Positions 52,765-63,506 of a DNA stretch of 64,000 bases are shown here, piece by piece (within the stretch, counting starts at the first letter, position 1; each line of letters opens with the position of its first letter). Source of the stretch: Pecten maximus (lineage: Eukaryota). Position numbers and translations under genes: made by a program. The notes under the pieces are model-generated. The model saw only the letters and a list, made by a program, of their open reading frames with translations, did not search any database and had not been told where the DNA came from. Location of the stretch: contig NC_047015.1 of NCBI RefSeq assembly GCF_902652985.1, positions 45,756,001-45,820,000 of the forward strand. The letters run 5' to 3'.

Positions 52765-55700
52765 AACCACTATACATTGTCCTGGGGATTGTGATTTCTA
52801 CCTGAGCACCCCACTCTACATTGTCCTGGGGATTGTGATTTCTACCTGAGCACACCACTCTATATTGTCCCGATGGTGGTTATTTCTACCTGAGCACACC
52901 ACTCTATATTGTCCTGAGGGTGGTGATTTCTACCTGAGCACACCACTCTATATTTTCCTAAGGGTGGTGATTTCTTCCTGAGCACACCACTCTATATTGT
53001 CCCGATGGTGGTTATTTCTACCTCAGCACACCACTCTATATTGTCCCGAGGGTGGTGATTTCTACCTGAGCACACCACTCTATATTGTCCTAAGGGTGGT
53101 GATTTCTTCCTGAGCACACCACTCTATATTGTCCCTGAGGGTGGTGATTTCTTCCTGAGCACACCACTCTATATTGTCCAAAGGATGGTGATTTCTACCT
53201 GAGCACACCACTCTATATTGTCCTGAGGGTGGTGATTTCTACCTGAGCACACCACTCTATATTGTCCTAAGGATGGTGATTTCTACCTGAGCACACCACT
53301 CTATATTGTCCCGAGGGTGGTGATTTCTACCTGAGCACCCCACTCTATATTGTCCCGAGGGTGGTGATTTCTACCTGAGCACCCCACTCTATATTGTCCC
53401 GAGGGTGGTGATTTCTACCTGAGCACCCCACTCTATATTTTCCTAAGGGTGGTGATTTCTTCCTGAGCACACCACTATATTGTCCTAAGGATGGTGATTT
53501 CTACCTGAGCACACCACTCTATATTGTCCCGAGGGTGGTGATTTCTACCTGAGCACCCCACTCTATATTGTCCCGAGGGTGGTGATTTCTACCTGAGCAC
53601 CCCACTCTATATTGTCCCGAGGGTGGTGATTTCTACCTGAGCACCCCACTCTATATTTTCTAAGGGTGGTGATTTCTTCCTGAGCACACCACTATATTGT
53701 CCTGACTGAGGGTGGTGATTTCTACCTGAGCACCCCACTCTATATTGTCCCGAGGGTGGTGATTTCTACCTGAGCACCCCACTCTATATTGTCCCGAGGG
53801 TGGTGATTTCTACCTGAGCACCCCACTCTATATTGTCCCGAGGGTGGTGATTTCTACCTGAGCACCCCACTCTATATTTTCCTAAGGGTGGTGATTTCTT
53901 CCTGAGCACACCACTATATTGTCCTGACTGAGGGTGGTGATTTCTACCTGAGCACCCCACTCTACATTGTCCCGAGGGTGGTGATTTCTACCTGAGCACC
54001 CCACTCTTTATTGTCCCGAGGGTGATTTCTAACTGAGCACACCACTCTATATTGTCCCGAGGGTGGTGATTTCTACCTGAGCACCCCACTCTATATTGTC
54101 CCGAGGGTGGTGACTTCTACCTGAGCACCCCACTCTATATTGTCCCGAGGGTGGTGATTTCTACCTGAGCACACCACTCTATATTGTCCTAAGGCTGGTG
54201 ATTTCTACCTGAGCACCCCACTCTATATTTTCCTTAGGGTGGTGATTTCTTCCTGAGCACACCACTATATTGTCCTAAGGATGGTGATTTCTACCTGAGC
54301 ACACCACTCTATATTGTCCTGAGGGTGGTGATTTCTTCCTGAGCACACCACTCTATATTGTCCTGAGGGTAATGATTTCTACCTGAGCACACCACTCTAT
54401 ATTGTCCTGAGGGTGGTGATTTCTTCCTGAGCACCCCACTCTATATTGTCCCGAGGGTGGTGATTTCTACCTGAGTACACCACTGTATATTGTCCTAAGG
54501 ATGGTGATTTCTACCTGAGTACACCACTCTATATTGTCCTGAGGGTGGTGATTTCTACCTGAGTACACCACTGTATATTGTCCTGAGGGTGGTGATTTCT
54601 ACCTGAGTACACCACTCTATATTGTCCTGAGGGTGGTGATTTCTACCTGAGTACACCACTCTATATTGTCCTGAGGGTGGTGATTTCTACCTGAGTACAC
54701 CACTCTATATTGTCCTGAGGGTGGTGATTTCTACCCGAGTGTACCACTCTATATTGTCCTGAGGGTGGTGATTTCTACCTGAGCACACCACTCTATATTG
54801 TCCCGAGGGTGGTGATTTCTACCTGAGCACACCACTCTATATTGTCCTGAGAGTGGTGATTTTTATCTAAGCACACCACTCAAAATTGTCCTGAGGGTGG
54901 TGATTTCTACCTAAGCACACCACTCTATATTGTCCCGAGGGTGGTGATTTCTACCTGAGTATACCACTCTATATTGTCCTGAGGGTGGTAATTTCTACCT
55001 GAGTATACCACTCTATATTGTCCTGAGGGTGGTGATTTCTACCTGAGCACACCACTCTATATTGTCCCGAGGGTGGTGATTTCTACCTGAGCACACCACT
55101 CTATATTGTCCTGAGAGTGGTGATTTTTATCTAAGCACACCACTCAAAATTGTCCTGAGGGTGGTGATTTCTACCTAAGCACACCACTCTATATTGTCCC
55201 GAGGGTGGTGATTTCTACCTGAGCACACCACTCCATATTGTCCTGAGAGTGGTGATTTTTATCTAAGCACACCACTCAAAATTGTCCTGAGGGTGGTTAT
55301 TTCTACCTAAGCACACCACTCTATATTGTCCTAAGGGTGGTGATTTCTACCTGAGTATACCACTCTATATTGTCCTGAGGGTGGTAATTTCTACCTGAGT
55401 ATACCACTCTATATTGTCCTGAGGGTGGTGATTTCTACCTGAGCATACCACTCTATATTGTCCCCAGGATGGTGATTTCTACCTGAGTACACCACTCTAT
55501 ATTGTCCTGAGGGTGGTGATTTCTACCTGAGTACACCACTCTATATTGTCCTGAGGGTGGTGATTTCTACCCGAGTATACCACTCTATATTGTCCTGAGG
55601 GTGGTGATTTCTACCTGAGTACACCACTCTATATTGTCCCCAGGATGGTGATTTCTACCTGAGCACACCACTCTATATTGTCCTGAGGGTGGTGATTTCT

Positions 55701-55830
55701 ACCTGAGCACACCACTCTATATTGTCCTGAGGGTGGTGATTTCTACCTCAGCACACCACTCTATATTATCTTGAGGGTGGTGATTTCTACCTGAGCACAC
55801 CACTCTATATTGTCCTTAAGGATGAGAGTT
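52765..55830. repeat. 44-bp satellite, ~70 copies
   Basis: Unit CTCTATATTGTCCCGAGGGTGGTGATTTCTACCTGAGCACACCA. Confidence 0.96.
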
Positions 55831-56322
55831 TCTACCTTTATACACCAATAGATATTATCCTGTGGATGGCTTTTAAAAGAAGTTTTCTATAATGTCCCTA
55901 TCACATCACACAGTTTAAGGATGTTAAATGTTACAAAACATTTTTTCCCCTTTTTGATATACCAAAGTCTGTTCACTTTAGTAAATGACGTGTTTTCCAC
56001 TAGTCTACAAGCATTGTTAATCATAAAACTAACTCCTAGCCATAGCATTAGATATTAATAACCCGTACAACAATCAAATGATAAAAAAAATGATTTATTG
56101 ACAAATATGCAACAATAAACAGATCCTAAACTTCAGGAACGAAATAGTTCCTATGTATTCGCAATAACAATATCGATGATGAAACATCATATTCAATGAT
56201 TATTTACAACGCTCGCTAGATAGATTATCAACATTTAATCCGAAAGAAATGCAGCCGTTGACTATAATCATTCACATGTGACATAAGGTCAAAGTTCACC
56301 TGTCCAAGTTCGTCGTTTGACC

Positions 56323-57679
56323 TTACATTGTGGCTGCTAAAGGCACGAGGAAGAAGAACGTGATGAGGGCATTCCCAGCAATAAACACGAGGAAAAAGAA
56401 AAAGTCCAGTGTAGCTGAGATAAGTTTCCAATCCACTCCGTATTTACCTTTGACGATTTCCTTTTCTTCGTTTTCCTCGTCCTCTCCCGCCTCCTCGTCG
56501 TCCGGTAATGGCGCTTTTTCGTCTACGCCGGGGTCAGCACCAGGGTCAATCATGTCTAAGGGTTCATTTTTCGAATCAAGAGGTTCTGGAGTTTTAATCG
56601 CAAATATCTCCATTTCATCTTCGTCATCGTCTTCGTCCTTACACACTTTACAGTTTAAAACAGCGACAATAGTAGCGAGTTTATCCGGTATCCTTTCCTC
56701 CTCCTCCGTGTGGAAGATCCTGAGTGTCGTGATTGTGAACAGCGCCGTTCCTGCACTAATGCAAGTCATTATCATTAGATACACACAGAGGATGGAGAGA
56801 GGTTCTGACGTCCTTGGCAAGTTCTCAGAGGTCAAGGTCAAGTACACTGCGAACGACATGAATGCCGTGATAGAATACGAGATCCTTTCCCCTGTCGCTG
56901 GTGGGAAGTAGGAAGACAATAGCGTTAAGGAGACTGAGAATAAGAATGGGGAAAACCAGGTTAGCGAGAAAGAAAAGTGAGCGCCTGGCAAGTGTAACGG
57001 TGTACGTGGCATAATTGATGTTGTTAATATCTTCCATCTCTAGGATGGTCGTTTCGATACTCCATTCCTCATTCTCCCGGTAGTTTTCAAGATTTACGGA
57101 AGAGGACGATAAGACAAAGCGCACTTCTGTGTTTTTGAACCCCCAGTTTGTGAATGTTACCTTGCACTTTTGCTTGTCAAAAGGGAAATTCGATGCGTCG
57201 ACATTGCACCCAGTCTTCAGCACGATCCCAGGCCACCATTCCATAGCACCAGTGGTGGGGTTGCAGCGAATCTTGTTGGTAATATCGCCTACAACTTTAA
57301 TTTTGGACACAGAGTTGAATATTGTCACTGTTGGAAGCCATATGTTGGAGGAAGTGATGAGAATTTCGCTGATGTTACCATGTACTGCCCAAGCATACTG
57401 GTCGCCAATAAGCTGGTCAGTCCAAGTAATTTTAAGGATACCGATCAACTCAAGCGTCCCTGAGACCTCGTTGAATTCCTTTATGGACGAGAGATAGAAT
57501 ACCATGTCAACATCTATGATGTCGGTCTGAGTGTCACGAGGGAAAACCTTACTGTTGTACGCGCCGTCTGTGATGGTGGTTTTGTAAAACTCCAAAAGCT
57601 GTGTGTAATTCGCTCCCAGAGTCCCGTGTACGACCAGAAACGCGACACATGTCAATAACATCCAAGTTCCGGTTGCCAT
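56323..57679 (-). CDS. Cys-loop LGIC / nAChR-like non-alpha subunit (gene 7); intronless; 1-bp frameshift at ~56903-56905 in the M1-M2 linker; ~451 aa if corrected
   Basis: ORF 57679-56825: MATGTWMLLTCVAFLVV signal, Cys-loop CNVDASNFPFDKQKC, M1 ...AIVFLLP. Deleting one C from CTT-CCC-ACC gives LPPATGERISYSITAFMSF and joins ORF 56323-57012 (M2-M4). Confidence 0.9.
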
Positions 57680-58629
57680 ATTGGTGGTACCTCAAATATA
57701 CTTATATCTGTTAATAAATAAATCAGGACCGCTTGCGTTGTTATTATACACAATCTGACGAATGCGAGACTTGACCAAAGCGAGGCTCATCCATAACGAG
57801 ACTCTGGTGGTCGATGTATCGGTAGTTATTGCTTTGTTTTAAACTCCTCGACTGGTACATCTGACAGACTATTAAAACAATAGCCATTTACAGAGGATCT
57901 CAGCAGGGTTCAAACACTTTGATATGTATATTGCTCTGATATTCAATACTGATAAAATGTTTGTTATATTTAATCAACACGAGGTAGCTTTACGCGTGAC
58001 TTGAGATACCCTACCGAAGTGATTACACTATGTTAATCTATAGGCGGTAATAGCTCAATTAACTTATATGTAATTCCGTAAAGGACATAATTTACATACA
58101 AAACATTCATAGCGTCAATTATACAGATGTGTGTAGAAATTTTAGCAATGTTGAAAATTGCCGGGAAAAATGCCACCTTTGTTAACATTGTTCTAGAAAA
58201 ATTTGTCATTATTAAAAAAATTAGGCACTAAAACATACTAAATCGTAGATTTCTTATTGTATTTCAGAACTTGAAATGACATATATTGTATTAAAATACA
58301 CATAAAGCACTGAAGAAACTGTTTACAGTGTTACAAAATGGTTTGAGAAAAAAAAGGTGTCGATTTTGTCACGTGTAAACACCACCATGTAAATCAATAT
58401 ATATATATATATACTTTCATTTTCATTTTAATTTTAAATCCTTCTTTTATTATTTTTCAAAAACCCACACTCCGATAATAACAGCATCTCTAACTAATAA
58501 TTAAGTAAAACTACGTGACAAAAATAATCACGGGTAGTCATAAGGTCACTGACAAAAACATAAACCTGAATGAATTACCTCACTGCGATAGAAGTAGTGA
58601 CAATGACATTACGATTGGTGTCGTTATGC

Positions 58630-59812
58630 TATTGACTTTTGGTGTCTCAATGATGTGACTTTTGATGTCTCAATGATATTGCTTTTGGTGTCTCAATGAT
58701 ATGGCTTTTGGTGTCTCAATGATGTGACTTTTGATGTCTCAATGATGTGACTTTTGGTGTCTCAAGGATGTGGTATTTGGTGTCTCAATGATGTGACTTT
58801 TGGTGTCTCAATGATATGGCTTTTGATGTCTCAATGATATGGCTTTTGGTGCCTCAATGATGTGACTTTTGGTGTCTCAATGATATGACTTTTGATGTCT
58901 CAATGATATGGCTTTTGGTGTCTCAATGATGTGACTTTTGGTGTCTCAATGATATGGCTTTTGATGTCTCAATGATGTGACTTTTGGTGTCTCAATGATA
59001 TGGCTTTGGGTGTCTCAAGGATGTGACTTTTGATGTCTCAATGATATGGCTTTTTGTGTCTCAAGGATGTGACTTTTGGTGTCTCAATAATGTGACATTT
59101 GGTGTCTCAATGATATGACTTTTTGTGTCTCAAGGATATGGCTTTTGATGTCTCAAGGATGTGGTATTTGGTGTCTCAATGATATGACTTTTTGTGTCTC
59201 AAGGATGTGGTATTTGGTGTCTCAATGATATGGCTTTTTGTGTCTCAAGGATGTGACTTTTGATGTCTCAAGGATGTGGTATTTGGTGTTTCAATGATGT
59301 GGCTTTTGGTGTCTCAATGATATGGCTTTTGATGTCTCAATGATATGGCTTTTGGTGTCTCAATGATGTGACTTTTGGTGTCTCAATGATATGGCTTTTG
59401 ATGTCTCAATGATATGGCTTTTGGTGTCTCAATGATGTGACTTTTGGTGTCTCAATGATATGGCTTTTGATGTCTCAATGATGTGACTTTTGATGTCTCA
59501 ATGATATGGCTTTTTGTGTCTCAAGGATGTGACTTTTGGTGTCTCAATAATGTGACATTTGGTGTCTCAATGATGTGGCTTTTGGTGTCTCAAGGATATG
59601 GCTTTTGATGTCTCAAGGATGTGGTATTTGGTGTCTCAATGATATGACTTTTTGTGTCTCAAGGATGTAACTTTCGGTGTCTCAAGGATGTTACTTTTGG
59701 TGTCTCAATGATGTGGCATTTGGTGTCTCATGGATATGACTTTTTGTGTCTCAAGGATGTGGTATTTGGTGTCCCAATGATATGACGTTTTGTGTCTCAT
59801 GGATATGACTTT
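58630..59812. repeat. 23-bp minisatellite, ~50 copies, degenerate tail to ~60150
   Basis: Unit GGTGTCTCAATGATGTGACTTTT. Confidence 0.94.
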
Positions 59813-60321
59813 CGTTGATGGAACATTTGGTGACATATCTCAATTAATGTATCAGGGACGTTGCATTTGGTAACTCGGGGATTTGGCTTTTGTTATTTCA
59901 GGGACATAAATTTTGTGTGGTTTTTGTGTCAAAATGACAATTGATATTCGTGACATAAGGACGTGACTTTCGTAATAATTACATTGACTTTTGGTGTCAC
60001 CAGACCATGACTTTTGCTGTCAAAATGATATTGAATTGTGACATTACAAGAACGTTGCTGTTGGTGTCATGATGATATTGACGTTTTGTGTCACAGTGAC
60101 ATTGGAATCTTGTGTTACACGGATGTGACTTTTTGTGATACAATGACACGGTCTTTTCACAGATCACACATTTGTCTTTCGTTTTACCTGTACAAGATAT
60201 CTGATTCACCCCCTAAGCTTTCTCTATTGACTCTAAGGTTATGACAGATAGCACGCGCTGGCTACAATACAATGACGTCACTTCGACAATTCGATCACGT
60301 CACGTCGAGTTCAGGGTTAGT

Positions 60322-60520
60322 ATTGTTTAACGTCCTATCAACAGCAAAGGTCGTTTAAGGACGACCTATCCTGTGTGAGCGATGCGTGAGGGGCGTGTAT
60401 GAGTGTTTGATTTGGGAGGCTGTGGTATGTTTGTGTTTGTCTTCTTGTGATAGCGCTGTACTGATGCCGACTATACAATGCTACATCACTGTTCAGTATA
60501 CTGCCGAAGACACCCAGCAG
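60322..60520 (-). mobile_element. SINE 3' portion (5'-truncated)
   Basis: Reverse complement ends ...CCTTTGCTGTTGATAGGACGTTAAACAA, the same tail as the insert at 62928-62981. Confidence 0.6.
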
Positions 60521-60937
60521 GTATAGGTATGAAGTATAGGTATCAATATTATTCTAACAGATATTATCTAAAAATACTGCTTTACATCGTCACACAAAGT
60601 TCCAATTTACTGCCCAACTAGGAATGACATTTGTACATACAGAATTCAACAACCACTCAGATATATGTTTATTTACAAACACCAATATTACAGTACAATA
60701 ACAAAATGTTATCGACGTGTCAGGTAAATATGATTTGTAACCAGTCAAGGCTTGACTATTCTTGGTCAAATTAGAAACATTCGAATTCACATATAAATGA
60801 ATTCTTCAACTAATGGTGAGGGTGGTGATTTTGTTCATTACACACATATAATAATGCGTTTCAAATGTTAATTTCGGCGAAAGGCTTTAAAAATATCACA
60901 CAAATCCTCTCCATTCATTGATAGTGTTACTTGCACC

Positions 60938-62317
60938 TTAATAATACTGGACAACAAGAGGGACAATGAAAATCGCCAGCAATGCAATCTGACCACCAAG
61001 GAAAAGAACGAAAAAGAAATGGTCAAGCGTCCGTGCGACCGTGACCCAGCTTACTTTGGGTACATAACATAGTTCGCTAAAGTCCATGTCAACTTCCTCC
61101 TCCTCTTCAATCGTCTTCCATTTCTGGTTGGGAGCTCCAAATTTGATGCCTTGTGGGAGCTGATCTAACGCCTTCATTTCAAACGTGTTGCCGTGGATGT
61201 TAATCCACGTGTGTGGGTCCTTCTGTTTCAATGTCTGTTTGGCGGGATGAACCTTCAGGTTCTTGTTGGGATTCTGGCACACCTTGCAACACAAACATGC
61301 CACAAACGTCATCACAATGTGTGGTACTGGGATCTCGTCATCTTTGATATGCCAACGGACGGTGAAGATGGTGACCATTGTTGTGAGGCCTCCGAAAGCG
61401 ACTTCACAAACCACATACCACGACAACAGTGACATGGGATCGGATGATTTTGGAATGTTATCACCAATGAGAATCAAAAACACAGAGAATGTTAGGAAAG
61501 CCGTCATGGCGTAGCCTACCCGTCCTTCCGGTACCGGGATGTAAAATGAGAAGACGGTTAGAACCCCCAGTAGGAGTACGGGGATTATCATCACAATAAT
61601 ATACCACATCGGCCGGCGCAAGAGGTCAACTTTAAAACTGACCATAGATTTACTATCAATGGTAGAAGATAGTATACTTGTGGATTCGAGATTCCACACC
61701 AAGTTCTCCTCATATAAAGTAGTATCGATATCGCTTCTGGTGGTAACTAATCTAATCTCACTCTGATGAAAGTCCCAGGGTATGATGTCAATAGAACAGT
61801 TCTGAGAATCAAATGGGTAGTTCAGTACATTCACGGAGCAACCGGCTTTTAAAATGACCGGAGGAGACCACGTGGTCTGACCGTTATATCGGACCGTTAC
61901 CTTGTTGTATTTGTGGCCTAGTACCTTCAGAGAGTCAACCGCATTGTAGAGAGTGATGGGCGGGTGCCAGACGTCTTCCCTGTTCATGATGAAGCGGTTC
62001 ACGCCGTCATAGTCGTTTGGATCCCACGTGAGCTGGCTTGTCCAGCTAATGTCCAGTATACCCACAGTAGCCAGGGTTCCGGCCAGCTCGTCAAACTCGG
62101 TGATTGCTCTGATGGAATAATCTATGGTGACCACGAGGGTATTGCTAGTGTCATCTGTCGGTATCACATCGTCCTGGTATGACGCTAGAACTGCCGAGTA
62201 CCAAGTTCGTACCTGACTGGAGGAAACGTTCAATGTCCCTGCACCGGATACCGTACCGACGAGACTGATCCACACTAATAAAGACAAAAATGGCGTTAAA
62301 CTCACACCTTTGTTCAT
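60938..62317 (-). CDS. Cys-loop LGIC / nAChR-like non-alpha subunit (gene 8); intronless; 459 aa
   Basis: Signal MNKGVSLTPFLSLLVWISLVGTVSG, WHPPITLYN, Cys-loop CSVNVLNYPFDSQNC, M2 PVPEGRVGYAMTAFLTF, WVTVARTLDHFFF. Confidence 0.95.
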   Translation of the reverse strand: MNKGVSLTPFLSLLVWISLVGTVSGAGTLNVSSSQVRTWYSAVLASYQDDVIPTDDTSNTLVVTIDYSIRAITEFDELAGTLATVGILDISWTSQLTWDPNDYDGVNRFIMNREDVWHPPITLYNAVDSLKVLGHKYNKVTVRYNGQTTWSPPVILKAGCSVNVLNYPFDSQNCSIDIIPWDFHQSEIRLVTTRSDIDTTLYEENLVWNLESTSILSSTIDSKSMVSFKVDLLRRPMWYIIVMIIPVLLLGVLTVFSFYIPVPEGRVGYAMTAFLTFSVFLILIGDNIPKSSDPMSLLSWYVVCEVAFGGLTTMVTIFTVRWHIKDDEIPVPHIVMTFVACLCCKVCQNPNKNLKVHPAKQTLKQKDPHTWINIHGNTFEMKALDQLPQGIKFGAPNQKWKTIEEEEEVDMDFSELCYVPKVSWVTVARTLDHFFFVLFLGGQIALLAIFIVPLVVQYY

Positions 62318-62927
62318 TGTCGGTTAGCTGATCAAAACTGTCCGTTTCAAAACAAAATGTCGTCCATTAAGACAACGTCTCTCCACATGAAGATGGCCTC
62401 TGGTGTATGCGCCCTTTGTTTTAATACAAATCGTTCCGTTGAATAGCTTCCTTTTGTGACGTTTGCCGTGTTCTTTTAATATATATATATGTGCGGGTAT
62501 GTCTGTAATATGCATAATTGATATTGGCTATACATTTACATATTCTATCCAAAAATTATGCTGATATATATTAATTAAAATAAAAGTGTCTTTGCATTTA
62601 AAAAATTTGAAATAGACATAGTGGGTATATATACGAAATGACTCAATACTTCGGACTTTAAAGGATCTTAACTACCTGATAATTACTTGTGTTAGATTTA
62701 AAAAGACCATTTCGGTTAGGCTACACGGAGAACCATCCTTACTACATTAACTGACATCTGAAATGTTATTTATATAGCTGATGATGACAGACTTGACAGG
62801 TAATGATGCGTATTGAACCAGAACTACTCCAACTGAAAACACGTGCTCTTCTCAAGTGTTATCCTTTAGAAATATTTAAACTTTTCATTCAAAGATACAG
62901 AATTTATATTGTTAGTTAGTTTATAAA

Positions 62928-62981
62928 CCCTGGCTGTTAATAGGACGTTAAACAAAAAAACAAAAACAAAAAAAAACAAAA
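62928..62981 (+). mobile_element. Severely 5'-truncated SINE/LINE tail insertion with an 11-bp target-site duplication
   Basis: CCCTGGCTGTTAATAGGACGTTAAAC plus an A/C-rich tail, flanked by TAGTTTATAAA at 62917-62927 and 62982-62992. Confidence 0.75.
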
Positions 62982-63373
62982 TAGTTTATAAAACTACATC
63001 CTTGAAAACATACTCTAGCTGGGAAATATGAATTAATTCTCTCCACGGTGATCGGTCGATGCTTATTGTAACAATTCGTTATTGTCAGTAGTTAAAGGTA
63101 GACAACTCCCGTAACTGCTCGTAATTTCCAAGCAAAGAAGATTCTACTTAAAACACAAGGTGGGGTTTCGACTTTATGCATACACAATGTTTACTTATTA
63201 ATATATATATATATATATATAAACCTATTAATCCACATAGATAAGGGTTACCCCTCCCTTCATTTAACTTTGTCCCCTCCTAGGTATCAATATATTAGTT
63301 TCCTTATCATTGACTAGTCGCATAGTTAATTTAGTTCCAGAAGTTGACCGTAACCTGAATGTGATATTTGTAT

Positions 63374-63506
63374 CCTCGGTGGCCTAGTGGTTAAGGTGTC
63401 CCGACACATTATCACTAGCCCTCCACCTCTGGGTTGCGACTTCGAAACCTACGTGGGGCAGTTGCCAGGTACTGACCGTAGGCCGGTTGTTTTTCTCCGG
63501 GTACTC
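63374..63506 (+). mobile_element. tRNA-derived SINE head with start of a V-domain-like core, 3'-truncated
   Basis: A box TGGCCTAGTGG (63380-63390), B-box-like GACTTCGAAACC (63438-63449), then TTTTCTCCGGGTACTC, which resembles the V-SINE core. Confidence 0.7.

Noticed and set aside
41545-55830. CRISPR-like arrays
   Set aside because: Head-to-tail repeats with no unique spacers, no cas genes, and eukaryotic context.
31225-61514. Plus-strand ORFs of 80-190 aa overlapping the receptor genes
   Set aside because: Antisense shadows of real coding sequence with no independent domain signal.
18954-62317. Assigning CHRNA/CHRNB gene symbols
   Set aside because: No vicinal cysteines and too divergent for orthology calls without a phylogeny.
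63374-63455. Functional tRNA gene
   Set aside because: No proper cloverleaf, over-long A-B spacing and it continues into a SINE core. Weaker tRNA-like remnants near 20790-20810 and 35340-35385 were also not called.
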